Made by a program: the position numbers and the translations under genes. Under the pieces are notes generated by a model that worked only from the letters and a program-made list of their open reading frames with translations, was not told the origin of the DNA and did no database searches. From positions 1-64,000 of the IMG/VR virus record IMGVR_UViG_3300046536_000256: a stretch of 64,000 nucleotides of DNA; one strand, written 5' to 3'. Shown here one piece after another: positions 43,528 through 53,355 of this stretch; position 1 is the first letter of the stretch; each line of letters starts with the position of its first letter.

Positions 43528-46500
43528 TTACGGCAACAGCTCAGCGTTATGCAGGAAGGCAAACGTACCTTCGTCCTGAGGGAACCCGGTACTGACTGGG
43601 ATAATGCCACCCTCACGCGTGTAACTCAGCTGATACTGTCCGACCATCAACGGCTGGTGCCGAGTAATCGAGAGGATCTGCTGGCTGTTGGTTACCACTG
43701 TTGCCGCTTTGAGCATGTTGCCGGATTTACGCATCTTGACTTCGGTCACAAGATAACGAGGTTTGTCGTCCTGTACCGTTGCGTAAATGTAGAACGTTTT
43801 GTTTTGTGGCGCTGGATCAATGTCACGCAAATCGATCGTCCCACCCTCCATGGCGTACGCTGTGCCGTTTACCAACATCCGGATGTTATCTTGCAGGAAG
43901 AGAGTCCAACCTGTTTCCGGATAAGCCGAGGCCACCAAGTAATAGTCGAGGCTATTATCCGGGTTGGTCTTCTTGATCAACGCACCCGCCCCGCCTGTGA
44001 GCATGTACGGCTGTGGGTTACCCGCCGAGATCGAGGTGCTGTCAGGTGTGTTGCCAGCAAGGGTAACGTCCGCCATCCCGATCTTAGGAAGCATGGTGAC
44101 AATGTCCCCTTGCGTCCAACTGGATGAACCGCCGTAAACACCGGTGACCTTGTTAGTTACTAGGTCAATGTCGAAAAGACACAGTTGTTTGGTGTTAATG
44201 GTCTGTGTGGTGACAGTCGAAAACGGACCCATCACGTACACTTTCAGCTTGCCATTGTCCCGGTACGCCGTGAGCAACGCTTTCTGTTTCAACGCGGTGG
44301 CGAGTAGCAGGTTAGCGTCGGCCATCTTCACGTTAACGCAGGTGCGTACATGAGGAGGGGCATCCAACACCGTGATGTCTTTAATCCAGAACACGCCCGG
44401 ATGATCAGCGTTGGGGGTTTCGACAACCGGGGTAAACAGCACCACTTGGGTACGGGTTTGCGAGAGGGTCGCGTCGAAGAAGTAGATCAGCGCGATACCA
44501 ATGTTAAGCCCGTTGAACATCCCTCCCGCTTCACTGCCCAGAACGTTCAAGCTGAAGCCCCAGTACTTAGTAGACTGGAACACAGCCGGGATCATCGCTT
44601 TAAGCTTGTCGATGATGTTCTGGCGAATGCCGTAGAACGAATCCGCGGCATACGTCGCTTTCTTCAATCCCGGGTCCAACGTTCGAGTAACCGTCCGTGG
44701 GAAAGAGATCAACACGTTGTTACCAGCGGGTGCTTTGAACAACGTATTACGCGGGAACGTTTGGTTAGCCGAAGAGTAAGACGCCCAACCGCAGGCACTG
44801 AAACTCGTGCTCCCACACTCCACACCCCCAGCCGCCAACTCAGCCGCAGAACCAGTCATACCGATGGTGAGGTCGTTATGTCCTAGGTTGGTCTCGTACA
44901 CCGCCCCTGTTAATGGGCGCGAGAAAATGTCCCCTATCGAGAGGTTGTTGACCCCCGGACGGACTTGATACCCACCCGTGACTAACCGCGTGTAAATTTT
45001 GCGGGTACCCGAGCTCTGTTCCACTGCCCCAAAGATCTCGCTGTCCGCGGTGTAGGTAACCGATCCTGGGTAGGTCCCGTTAAGAATCGGAGACTTCAGC
45101 ACGGGCTTCAAGATACGACGGAAGCTCAACTGAATCGCTTGAAGATCCAAACGACCACTTAACAGACTGGCATCCGATGTCTTGTTCTTGTAACGACTGA
45201 CCTCGGCAACCGACGGGAAGATGTTGCCATCCTGAATTGTCGAGGTGACGACGTCGCCGTTATCCAAAATCACCGTAGAGGCATTACTGGACTGGAAGGT
45301 GGCGTTGTAAAAATTGGTAAGGTACAGGTCCATGTACCCTGACCGTTCCGCTGGGGTGGAGTCCGTGAAGCCAACACTCAGCGCGGGTAATTTAGCGATT
45401 TGGGTCATCACCCCCGTAACACAGTTGAGCTCCCACCCGATGTCGGTCATCAATGTAATGTTGATGTTAACACCCGGCGCTGTGTAAATAGCGGCAAACC
45501 CCGGCATGATGTGGATGTAGTTGACGTTCGGCACACCCGGCTTCGGACACGAGACCACCATCGTCCGACCACTTTTAGACAGCGTAGCGATTGGCTGACG
45601 GAACGACCAAGGGCCGTACTTGATGATGGTGTTGTTGCCGTCCTTTGTGGTTGCGTTGGGTTGAACGTAACTGGCGTTGGTGAATGGGGTTCCATCCCAA
45701 TCCGTGTACGTTACCTTCAGCAGTTGCCAAGCCACAGCAAGACCGCTTTGAATATCCGACACCTTAACCCGGAAGAACGCATAGTTGTCAGCGTAAGCCG
45801 TCCCATAGTTCTGCACCAATACCAGATAGTCGCCCATGTGATGGATGGTGGCTCGGTTGTTGTTCACCCACGGGGCGCCAGCGAACAGTGCGTTAACAGC
45901 GGTCATGTCAACCCGGACATACCGATGCGCACTTGGATCAAAGGTGCCGTTGGTCAAGCAGACGAACCAGTCAGGGGTAGCAGGGTTGCCCACCATCATC
46001 GCCTTACCGTTACTGCCGGCAATAATCGCGGTGGGGTTAATCCCCAAAGCTACCAATGAAGCCGGAGCATACTTGTACCCGGTGTAAATGATCTTCCCCG
46101 CTGGCTGGTCATAGTTCTCTACGTATGAATAGTAGAGCCCTTGCTGACGACCGTCGTAGTGGTTGGTGAGCATCATCAACATCCCACTGTTTTCCATACA
46201 GAAACCAGAGGTGTCGTAGAGCGCGCCCAAACCTTCGAAGGACCCATCGATGTTCGGCGGAATGTAGCTGTCGCCCGCAAAACGGCTGAGCGGCATGATT
46301 CCCTGAAACATTGCTGCGTCAGTGTCAGCCTTATACGACTTGGCTAACTGACCCACACCCATCGGGGTACTGAAGACGTCACTACGAATCCCCGCCAGTT
46401 CTTCTGCCAGTGTTGCGGTGGCGAAGTTGTCGTGGTTCCCCATGGTGATGTCAAACTTGGTGGTCTGGTGGGGAACGTTGTAATTCTCGTCGTGGGCTTT

Positions 46501-47115
46501 CAGTTGGTTCAGACGAGTGGTCTTCCCCGTCTTTAAACGATCGAAGGCGAGGCGTGAGGCAGCGGTAACCTTATCGTTGGCAGCAGGGTCGCGTGAACTG
46601 GAGAGCTTTTCCAGGTAAACGAAAAACCAGGTCAGCTCATACCAGTCAGTGATCTCGGTTTTAATGCTGTGCGAATGCAGCGACGACGGCAGGGTCGGCG
46701 GCATGTTAAAGACTTTGTCCCAGGTCAGTGGGCGTTTGCCGTTCTGAATCTGGTCCATCCAGTTGACCAAGTCATTGCGCGGAACGAAGTACGCCCCGAT
46801 GCTTTGATAGTCAACCGAAACTTGGCTGTTAGCATCCAAGATGTTTTGTGGCAAACGAATGAACGTTTTGATAGAACGCCCGGTAACCTCGCAGAAAGGA
46901 ACAAACTCCTCTTCCAAGAAGTAATCCCGGTCAAGCACCATTACCGCGCCACGTTGGTCGTACACGGTTACAAGCGCGGGTTCAGCGAAGAAGGGTGCAC
47001 CGTTCGGGAGAACCCACGGACAAGTCTTGTCGGTGAGCGCAATGACTTCCCCGACAACAGTGTTGACGGGTTCAGTGCCATGAATGTCAAACTTTACCGG
47101 TCTGATAAGGTCCAT
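43528..47115 (-). CDS. large tail fibre/baseplate structural protein (paralog)
   Basis: 1195 aa; APFF anchor module, NIDGSFEG, TFYIYA...ELLP ending. Confidence 0.75.
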   Translation of the reverse strand: MDLIRPVKFDIHGTEPVNTVVGEVIALTDKTCPWVLPNGAPFFAEPALVTVYDQRGAVMVLDRDYFLEEEFVPFCEVTGRSIKTFIRLPQNILDANSQVSVDYQSIGAYFVPRNDLVNWMDQIQNGKRPLTWDKVFNMPPTLPSSLHSHSIKTEITDWYELTWFFVYLEKLSSSRDPAANDKVTAASRLAFDRLKTGKTTRLNQLKAHDENYNVPHQTTKFDITMGNHDNFATATLAEELAGIRSDVFSTPMGVGQLAKSYKADTDAAMFQGIMPLSRFAGDSYIPPNIDGSFEGLGALYDTSGFCMENSGMLMMLTNHYDGRQQGLYYSYVENYDQPAGKIIYTGYKYAPASLVALGINPTAIIAGSNGKAMMVGNPATPDWFVCLTNGTFDPSAHRYVRVDMTAVNALFAGAPWVNNNRATIHHMGDYLVLVQNYGTAYADNYAFFRVKVSDIQSGLAVAWQLLKVTYTDWDGTPFTNASYVQPNATTKDGNNTIIKYGPWSFRQPIATLSKSGRTMVVSCPKPGVPNVNYIHIMPGFAAIYTAPGVNINITLMTDIGWELNCVTGVMTQIAKLPALSVGFTDSTPAERSGYMDLYLTNFYNATFQSSNASTVILDNGDVVTSTIQDGNIFPSVAEVSRYKNKTSDASLLSGRLDLQAIQLSFRRILKPVLKSPILNGTYPGSVTYTADSEIFGAVEQSSGTRKIYTRLVTGGYQVRPGVNNLSIGDIFSRPLTGAVYETNLGHNDLTIGMTGSAAELAAGGVECGSTSFSACGWASYSSANQTFPRNTLFKAPAGNNVLISFPRTVTRTLDPGLKKATYAADSFYGIRQNIIDKLKAMIPAVFQSTKYWGFSLNVLGSEAGGMFNGLNIGIALIYFFDATLSQTRTQVVLFTPVVETPNADHPGVFWIKDITVLDAPPHVRTCVNVKMADANLLLATALKQKALLTAYRDNGKLKVYVMGPFSTVTTQTINTKQLCLFDIDLVTNKVTGVYGGSSSWTQGDIVTMLPKIGMADVTLAGNTPDSTSISAGNPQPYMLTGGAGALIKKTNPDNSLDYYLVASAYPETGWTLFLQDNIRMLVNGTAYAMEGGTIDLRDIDPAPQNKTFYIYATVQDDKPRYLVTEVKMRKSGNMLKAATVVTNSQQILSITRHQPLMVGQYQLSYTREGGIIPVSTGFPQDEGTFAFLHNAELLP

Positions 47116-47181
47116 TGTGTTAGCCTTTTAAAAGAGAGGGGAGGAGGGGTTCACCCTGCCTCCTCTCCAACACGTTGTTGT

Positions 47182-50100
47182 TTAAGGGAGAAGCTCACCC
47201 GCACGTAGCCATGGGATTTGACCTTCCGCGTTAGCCAAGCCAGAAGCCGCAGGGATAGAGTTCCCCCGCTTAGTCTCGGTAATCCGGTGGCCATCCAACG
47301 CAAACACGTTGTACCGTTCGATCGTGAGGATCTGGCGGTCGTTCGTGATTACTGTCCCCACCCACAGTTGGTAGTTAGTCTCCAACCGTTTTTCCTTGGC
47401 GATGTCATACCGCGGAACACCTTTATCCAGAATGGCGTAGATGTAGAACGTTTTCCACTGAGGAGCCGGGTCAATATCACGCAAGTCAATAGACCCCAAC
47501 GGCAAGACGTACAGTGTGCCGTAGAAGACCACGTTGATGTCAGTCTTGAAGAAGATGATCCAACCTACCTCAGGATACACCGACCCAATCAATGGGTAGT
47601 TAACGAGCCCTTCCGAGATAGTAGCCGCACCACCCGTCGACAAGTCCCACCCACGCATGACCTGAATCCCGTTATCCGGCGTCATGATCCAGCCACCACC
47701 TCGACTGGAGTGGTCCATTACGTTCAGACCGCTCCAAGCATGGGACGCGTCGCGGTTGTTGTACGTAAGGAGGAAATCCCGGGTGAATTGATCCCCTGGG
47801 GTTTGAGCCATCACCCCGCAGCCATGAAGCACACTGAGGACACTCCCGTTCAGGTAGTACTGAATCCGCATTGGACCCATGGTGCTTTGTGGCGTCTCGT
47901 AATCCCCAGAGTTGTAGACCCGCAGTATGTTCACGCCACAGCTCGGAGCCCTGTGGTGAGCGATGTTGATCACCGTGAACCCAGTTACTACGTATCGCCC
48001 GCCGCTGACCGCGTAGGTCGGTTGCAGGGTCATGATGGTTGTGAACAGCGTGAACTGATCAGGGGTTCCGTCAGCGTCCGTATACTGAACAGAACACGTT
48101 ACCGGCAACCAACCAAACTTGGCTGTCAGGTTAGAGAACGTCGGATCACACACGGTGACATGACGCGCGCGACCACGGTTCATGATCGCCGGAACTTCCA
48201 CTTGGGCCTTGATGCTCTCCACGATATACGCCGGGTACAGAATCTCCAGCGTAGGGACAATAGTAATCGTCCCATCGGTTTCAATGCGCTGGGTGTGTTG
48301 CTGTACCAGCACAATGTCACCGGCCGCTACACCGCCTGGCCAAGCGTTACCGATCAGCTCCCGGTTAAAGCTGCTCTTTTGTGAGTTCACGCAGAACTGG
48401 GATTCCCCTACATCAACCCCGTAAGTATCCAGTTTGGCCGAGGGCACAACAACAGTAGCCCCGCCCAGACCAGCGTTCGCATTCACTCGACGAATGTTGT
48501 TGGTCAATGGCCTAGAAACAATGTTGCTCATGAAAAGGTTCTGGATTTCCGATCGGACAGCGAACTTACCCGATACGGTTTTCCAGTACATCTTCAGGGA
48601 GGTTGCCACCGACCGGTGTGCCGCTACGTAGTACTCACCGCCCGGGTTGTACAACATTCCCCGTGGGTTAATCCCAGACTCGGTTGGAGCGGTCAACGTC
48701 TCCGCCAAAATACTCTTGGGTGAGACAACATCCTGCATGTTCCCGAAAAACTTGTTGACTGTAGCAAACCGGGTCTTAGCAGTCGGGAATGACATGCTAA
48801 TAGTCGCCCGGGGAAAGCCGGTAAAACCAAAAGCACCCGCCGAAATAAGCCGACCATCATCCAAGATGTTGGCACCTTGTGCTTGGTAGAAGAAGACAAG
48901 GTAATACATGAATATCGACTGGCGATACGGGACAGGGATCAAGTTGTCGGCCGATGCACCGAAGTTAACGTTAAACGGTGCGGTACGACTCTTCAACGTG
49001 AACACGCCCGTTACCGGGTTAAAGTCGTAGTTGATTTCCAGGGTGTTCCAAAATGCAGAGTTCACCGTTGGACTTACGTAAGAGGTGTACTGTCCCGCCA
49101 AGAACTTAACCGCATAACTCGCTGGGTTGTTAGGGTTCTGCGCCACCAGAGTCAGACAGCTTCGGTAGCACCCAAGGAATCCGTTAGACGGGTAAGGTGA
49201 AAACGTATGGTACCCTTTGGTAACGTTACCGCTACCGTCCCGCACCGTGGTGTACCAGCTGAAGTACGGCGAGTTGTTCCACTGCACCCCGTCGGCGTCC
49301 ATGAAGCTGACGTTCTGACGGGTTGCCACGACGTCCACCTGTGCCTTAATACTGGCGATCGGCACACGGAAAATGTGTTTGAACGACAGGTTCGAGTACA
49401 AGTCAGGGTCCAGCCCCTGGACCGGCGCTGCCACTGAAGCGGATAGGAAAATGTAAACCCAATCCCCCATCATGGCCACACTCACCATGTTAAACAGTTC
49501 GCTGACGGTATGAGCACCAGGGTTGTACTGAATGGCATCTACTAGGGGACGCAGGTTGATCTTCGAGTAAACGTGCTTAGCCGGGTCCAGGGAGCCGTTT
49601 GTCACGCCAACGTAAAAGATGTCCTTGAAACTGTCGCCTACCAGAATACATTCGTCACCACTACCTTGAGCGATCCGATCCACGTTAGCGTTGTCTGGAT
49701 CAAAGCGGGGGTGCTCGTACTTAAAGCCGGTGTATGTCAATAGCGCGTTGGGTGCATCGGGATCGGTCAAAACCGAGTAATACAGCCCACGGGTACGACC
49801 ATCCATACGGTTCCAGAGAACTGTAATGGAGTTATCGTTTTCCAGACACATCGCGCCTGTTTCAATCACACCCCCAAACCCTTCAAACGAACCATCAATG
49901 TTTGGGGGAATAAAGTTGGTGTTACCGAACTGGGCGATCGGCATGGTCTTGGCTTCGAGGAACTCGTCGGCGTTAAAGCCGTAGTGCTCGATGATGGTCT
50001 TCAGCTCCTGAGGACGCAGGTGCATGTCGTCACGCCCTTGCAAGACATCTGCAAAGGTAGCCGTAGAGAAGTTATCAACCTTCTCCAGCGCAACGTCGTT

Positions 50101-50799
50101 GGCTTTTAAGCCGTGGGCGTCGTAAGACTCAGCGTGGTTCTTCAGAAACAGATCCAGCATCCGGCCATACACACCGATGTACCAGTCAACCAACTCCATG
50201 AAGTGAGTCAGACGACGTTCAATGATGTCCATGCCGTTGCGCGCAATCAAGGCTTGCATGTCACCGAGGAACTCGATGGTGTCCTGGAACGCTACAATGT
50301 CGTACAGCACACTGTGGGCGTGCAGGGTAGGCGGGAACACAGAAGGCTTGTCGCGGAGGTTCTCCCAGTACACAGGCCGGTCGTCATTAATACAGTCGAC
50401 GATCAACCCCAGCATGGTGCTGTCCAACAGAGGGAATTCCCCGACGACGTGGTAAGAGATCGTACCCCCGGTGATCTCTGGCTTCTTCAGGGTGATCATG
50501 CACGCCACAGGCTGAGCCACCAGCTCTGTCAAACGGGGCATGATTTTGAAGATCTCGTAGTCTTCGTCCAAGATCATTGGCTCGCCGTTGGGGAACTTCA
50601 TCCGCAGGCTTTCTACAAAGAACGGGGCATGGCGGGCCACGATGACGCGAGTAAACACACCGGCATCTACCTTGAACGGTTCATCTGTGATCTCGTTCTC
50701 AGGATTCGTCCGGCGGGTATCGGTCTTGTACTCCTGAACAATGGGGAATTGCATATCCCACTCCTTAGTTAGGGGTATTGTGTAATTAGCGGAAGTCAA
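47182..50799 (-). CDS. large tail fibre/baseplate structural protein (paralog)
   Basis: 1205 aa, collinear with 43528-47115 (FIPPNIDGSFEG, GSIDLRDIDPAPQ, ELLP). Confidence 0.75.
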   Translation of the reverse strand: MTSANYTIPLTKEWDMQFPIVQEYKTDTRRTNPENEITDEPFKVDAGVFTRVIVARHAPFFVESLRMKFPNGEPMILDEDYEIFKIMPRLTELVAQPVACMITLKKPEITGGTISYHVVGEFPLLDSTMLGLIVDCINDDRPVYWENLRDKPSVFPPTLHAHSVLYDIVAFQDTIEFLGDMQALIARNGMDIIERRLTHFMELVDWYIGVYGRMLDLFLKNHAESYDAHGLKANDVALEKVDNFSTATFADVLQGRDDMHLRPQELKTIIEHYGFNADEFLEAKTMPIAQFGNTNFIPPNIDGSFEGFGGVIETGAMCLENDNSITVLWNRMDGRTRGLYYSVLTDPDAPNALLTYTGFKYEHPRFDPDNANVDRIAQGSGDECILVGDSFKDIFYVGVTNGSLDPAKHVYSKINLRPLVDAIQYNPGAHTVSELFNMVSVAMMGDWVYIFLSASVAAPVQGLDPDLYSNLSFKHIFRVPIASIKAQVDVVATRQNVSFMDADGVQWNNSPYFSWYTTVRDGSGNVTKGYHTFSPYPSNGFLGCYRSCLTLVAQNPNNPASYAVKFLAGQYTSYVSPTVNSAFWNTLEINYDFNPVTGVFTLKSRTAPFNVNFGASADNLIPVPYRQSIFMYYLVFFYQAQGANILDDGRLISAGAFGFTGFPRATISMSFPTAKTRFATVNKFFGNMQDVVSPKSILAETLTAPTESGINPRGMLYNPGGEYYVAAHRSVATSLKMYWKTVSGKFAVRSEIQNLFMSNIVSRPLTNNIRRVNANAGLGGATVVVPSAKLDTYGVDVGESQFCVNSQKSSFNRELIGNAWPGGVAAGDIVLVQQHTQRIETDGTITIVPTLEILYPAYIVESIKAQVEVPAIMNRGRARHVTVCDPTFSNLTAKFGWLPVTCSVQYTDADGTPDQFTLFTTIMTLQPTYAVSGGRYVVTGFTVINIAHHRAPSCGVNILRVYNSGDYETPQSTMGPMRIQYYLNGSVLSVLHGCGVMAQTPGDQFTRDFLLTYNNRDASHAWSGLNVMDHSSRGGGWIMTPDNGIQVMRGWDLSTGGAATISEGLVNYPLIGSVYPEVGWIIFFKTDINVVFYGTLYVLPLGSIDLRDIDPAPQWKTFYIYAILDKGVPRYDIAKEKRLETNYQLWVGTVITNDRQILTIERYNVFALDGHRITETKRGNSIPAASGLANAEGQIPWLRAGELLP

Positions 50800-50800
50800 A

Positions 50801-50832
50801 CAACTGATCTATGCGGTGGCATAGATCAGTTG
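50801..50832. terminator. 14-bp stem-loop
   Basis: CAACTGATCTATGC-GGTG-GCATAGATCAGTTG after the Tfa stop. Confidence 0.7.
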
Positions 50833-50841
50833 CGGGGCTGG

Positions 50842-51369
50842 TTATGGAGAGGTTGGCCAGTCAATGGTGGTTGGGTAACCGGCTTGTTGGTCGACCTTGC
50901 TCAACGCCAACTTGTAAGCCGCGTAAGCTTTAAAGGTCTTCGCGTCCGCATCGCTCAACAGTCCGGCAATGAAAGCATCCGCCATTCCGATCGTAGCTTG
51001 GTTGGCAACCCCCATCAACTGGTCACGTTGGGCCTGAGCGGCCAAAGACGCATCAAGAAGCCACACGGTACCATTCCAGGCGTAATGAACCCCAGGACAA
51101 GGAACCCGTGTATATTCACTAGGCAACTCCTCGAGGGTACGCCACTCCTTCGGAGCACCAGTGGTTACACTGTAGACCGTCCCACGTTGATCGATGACTT
51201 GGGTTGGAACCCCGTCAACGTTTACCCACACCTTACCGGCGTCTGCGGCCACCAACAGATCTTCCACCTCGATAGCGTTGCTCGGCAATGGGAAACCCAA
51301 CCCCGGAACTTCGCAAATGGTAATCGGTCCGTACAAAATACCCAGTTCATCGAATTCGTAAATATTCAT
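50842..51369 (-). CDS. tail fibre assembly chaperone (Tfa-like)
   Basis: DQRGTVYS..TG, HYAWNGTVW, helical C-terminus ending QQAGYPTTIDWPTSP; directly follows the fibre gene. Confidence 0.88.
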   Translation of the reverse strand: MNIYEFDELGILYGPITICEVPGLGFPLPSNAIEVEDLLVAADAGKVWVNVDGVPTQVIDQRGTVYSVTTGAPKEWRTLEELPSEYTRVPCPGVHYAWNGTVWLLDASLAAQAQRDQLMGVANQATIGMADAFIAGLLSDADAKTFKAYAAYKLALSKVDQQAGYPTTIDWPTSP

Positions 51370-51376
51370 AAATACC

Positions 51377-53233
51377 TCAGATCATTTTAAACCGGCCAGG
51401 GTAGGCAACGTTTGTTGGACGTGTTTCATTGCCACCAGAATCACTTGTAACCCCAGGAACCCAGAGGGAATAGTTGTTATAACCACCGCCCATCATTTGC
51501 GTACCAAAACCACCTGCGCCTGGAATGTTGTGATGGTGATCCTCGTACATGTCGTCTTGCGTACTACCGCCTGCGCGACCACCATCGAGTCCTGCACCTT
51601 CGCTCAGGATACGTGTGAATCGACCACGGGTTTCTGGACCGCGGAAGGTAGTAGTACCGTTACCTTGAGTCCAACCACCTTCCATGCCACCACGAGCGGC
51701 TTCAGTGGTCAGCATTCCCGATGACTCCGCATGATCCCACAGCCATGGCAGGTCGGCACGTTGCAGGATAGGACCACTAACCGGACCATAGCCACCAGGG
51801 TTGAAGGAGTACGTGGTCTCCATGATCGGACGACCCAGAGGGGTACTGTCGAAACGGCTGATAGGAATCCAGTTACCCGCTCCGTCGCTGCGCAGGTGCC
51901 AGTAGTCGCCAGACCCCATGAGGACCAAGAACGGATAACCTTCCGCACGCAGGTGTGTGTGGAACTTGATTTTGTCCGATCCAGATGCAGCAACCTTAAG
52001 GGTGTTGCCGGTGTTGTCCGAACGGCGAACAATGAAGTCCGTCACACCCAAGGTAGAGTCGGATAGCGGCAACACGGTCGTAACGTTCGACCCCGAGGCG
52101 TCGATGATGACCACGCCATGCTGATCGCCGGTCAACGTAGTGTCAGTGTTGACATACGTGATGCCAGCGGTAGTTCCGCCGGCTTTGGCAAGTGTTACCG
52201 CGGTGCTAATCGCACTGCTGACCCCGCCAATAGAATCCACCGCCGTGGCAGAAATAGTGAGCAGTGTATCCGCCAGTACAGAGGGTACGCCGAACGTCAC
52301 TTGTTCGTTTGCCGCGATGTGCACGGTCTTGCTAAAAACCACCCCAACCGGGCCATCTTGGGTCAGCGTGTACGTAACCGGACCACCGTCATTCGCAGAA
52401 CCGCCACTCACAGTAACCGCGTAACCAGGGCCACCGTTCAGGGTGATCTTGGCCGCTGTTAGGCTGGTCGGAGGATTAGGAACCGGACCACCAGGACCGA
52501 TAACCAAGGTTCCGGCAATCAGTTTCCGGAAAGCCTCTTTCAATACCGCGATAGTTACGAGCTTGTTGGCACTGCTGCCTTCAAGGTCTTCGTTAGTAGC
52601 CGCGCCCATATTCGGCACGAAGTCCAAACCAATGCTGCTCGCGTCACCGAAGTGAGCCTCGATGAGGTCGGCCGCCATGTGTTCTTCTAACAGTGCTTTA
52701 ACTGTCAGACCCTGGCTCGGATCGATGTTGGCCAAGACCAAGCTACGAACAGCCGTCATGAACTCTTCGTAGTCGTAGGTTTGAGTCGCCGGGTGAGAGT
52801 GAGGATCGCTTGGGAACTCGACAGGAACACCTACCAGATCATCCCAGTCAGCGATACGAGGGCTGTTGACAATGTTGGCAACCAGGGTGGCGAAGGCAAT
52901 CTGATCCAGTACAAATGGACCACCGAGACTGGTGTAGTCAGACAACAGGACTTCGTTGTCCACCGGCTTCAGCATAATCACTGAGCCGAAGGCATTTCGT
53001 TTGTAGCCATTGACAAAACGACTGAACTCGTGACCAAAGCAGTAGTCGACACCCAATACCAACGGGGTGGCTGTGCCTTGGCGCCACAGCGTAAAGTTCT
53101 TGCTGAAGAAGGGCGCCGCGCGCGGTACCCACTCCACTCGAGTCGTTACGCCAGCGGTCTTGATGACTTCTTGTTTGATGTCGTTATCAACGCGTTCTTG
53201 AAAGGGGTTCCAGAGATAAGTGATCGCAGCCAT
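51377..53233 (-). CDS. tail fibre protein, chimeric (jumbo-phage anchor, Ig/FN3-like domain, collar-type tip)
   Basis: N-terminus shares PRAAPFF and WDDLVGVP...HSH with the big tail paralogs; C-terminus LPWLWDHA...TTTFRGPETRGRF...GSTQDD...HHH collar module. Confidence 0.85.
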   Translation of the reverse strand: MAAITYLWNPFQERVDNDIKQEVIKTAGVTTRVEWVPRAAPFFSKNFTLWRQGTATPLVLGVDYCFGHEFSRFVNGYKRNAFGSVIMLKPVDNEVLLSDYTSLGGPFVLDQIAFATLVANIVNSPRIADWDDLVGVPVEFPSDPHSHPATQTYDYEEFMTAVRSLVLANIDPSQGLTVKALLEEHMAADLIEAHFGDASSIGLDFVPNMGAATNEDLEGSSANKLVTIAVLKEAFRKLIAGTLVIGPGGPVPNPPTSLTAAKITLNGGPGYAVTVSGGSANDGGPVTYTLTQDGPVGVVFSKTVHIAANEQVTFGVPSVLADTLLTISATAVDSIGGVSSAISTAVTLAKAGGTTAGITYVNTDTTLTGDQHGVVIIDASGSNVTTVLPLSDSTLGVTDFIVRRSDNTGNTLKVAASGSDKIKFHTHLRAEGYPFLVLMGSGDYWHLRSDGAGNWIPISRFDSTPLGRPIMETTYSFNPGGYGPVSGPILQRADLPWLWDHAESSGMLTTEAARGGMEGGWTQGNGTTTFRGPETRGRFTRILSEGAGLDGGRAGGSTQDDMYEDHHHNIPGAGGFGTQMMGGGYNNYSLWVPGVTSDSGGNETRPTNVAYPGRFKMI

Positions 53234-53355
53234 TTAAAGCACTCCTAGTGGGGGTCCTGTGGGATATCTTATGACCTGCACCCCATAGTGATAACGGCGT
53301 CTACATACTGTTTATAGGGCCGAATTTTCATAGAATCGTAAGGAGTCCACCCCCT

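Noticed and set aside
53240-53350. Structured intergenic segment considered as a tRNA or ncRNA
   Set aside because: Only an imperfect hairpin (GGGG…CCCC) is present; no cloverleaf, T-loop or CCA. No tRNA recognised anywhere in the window.
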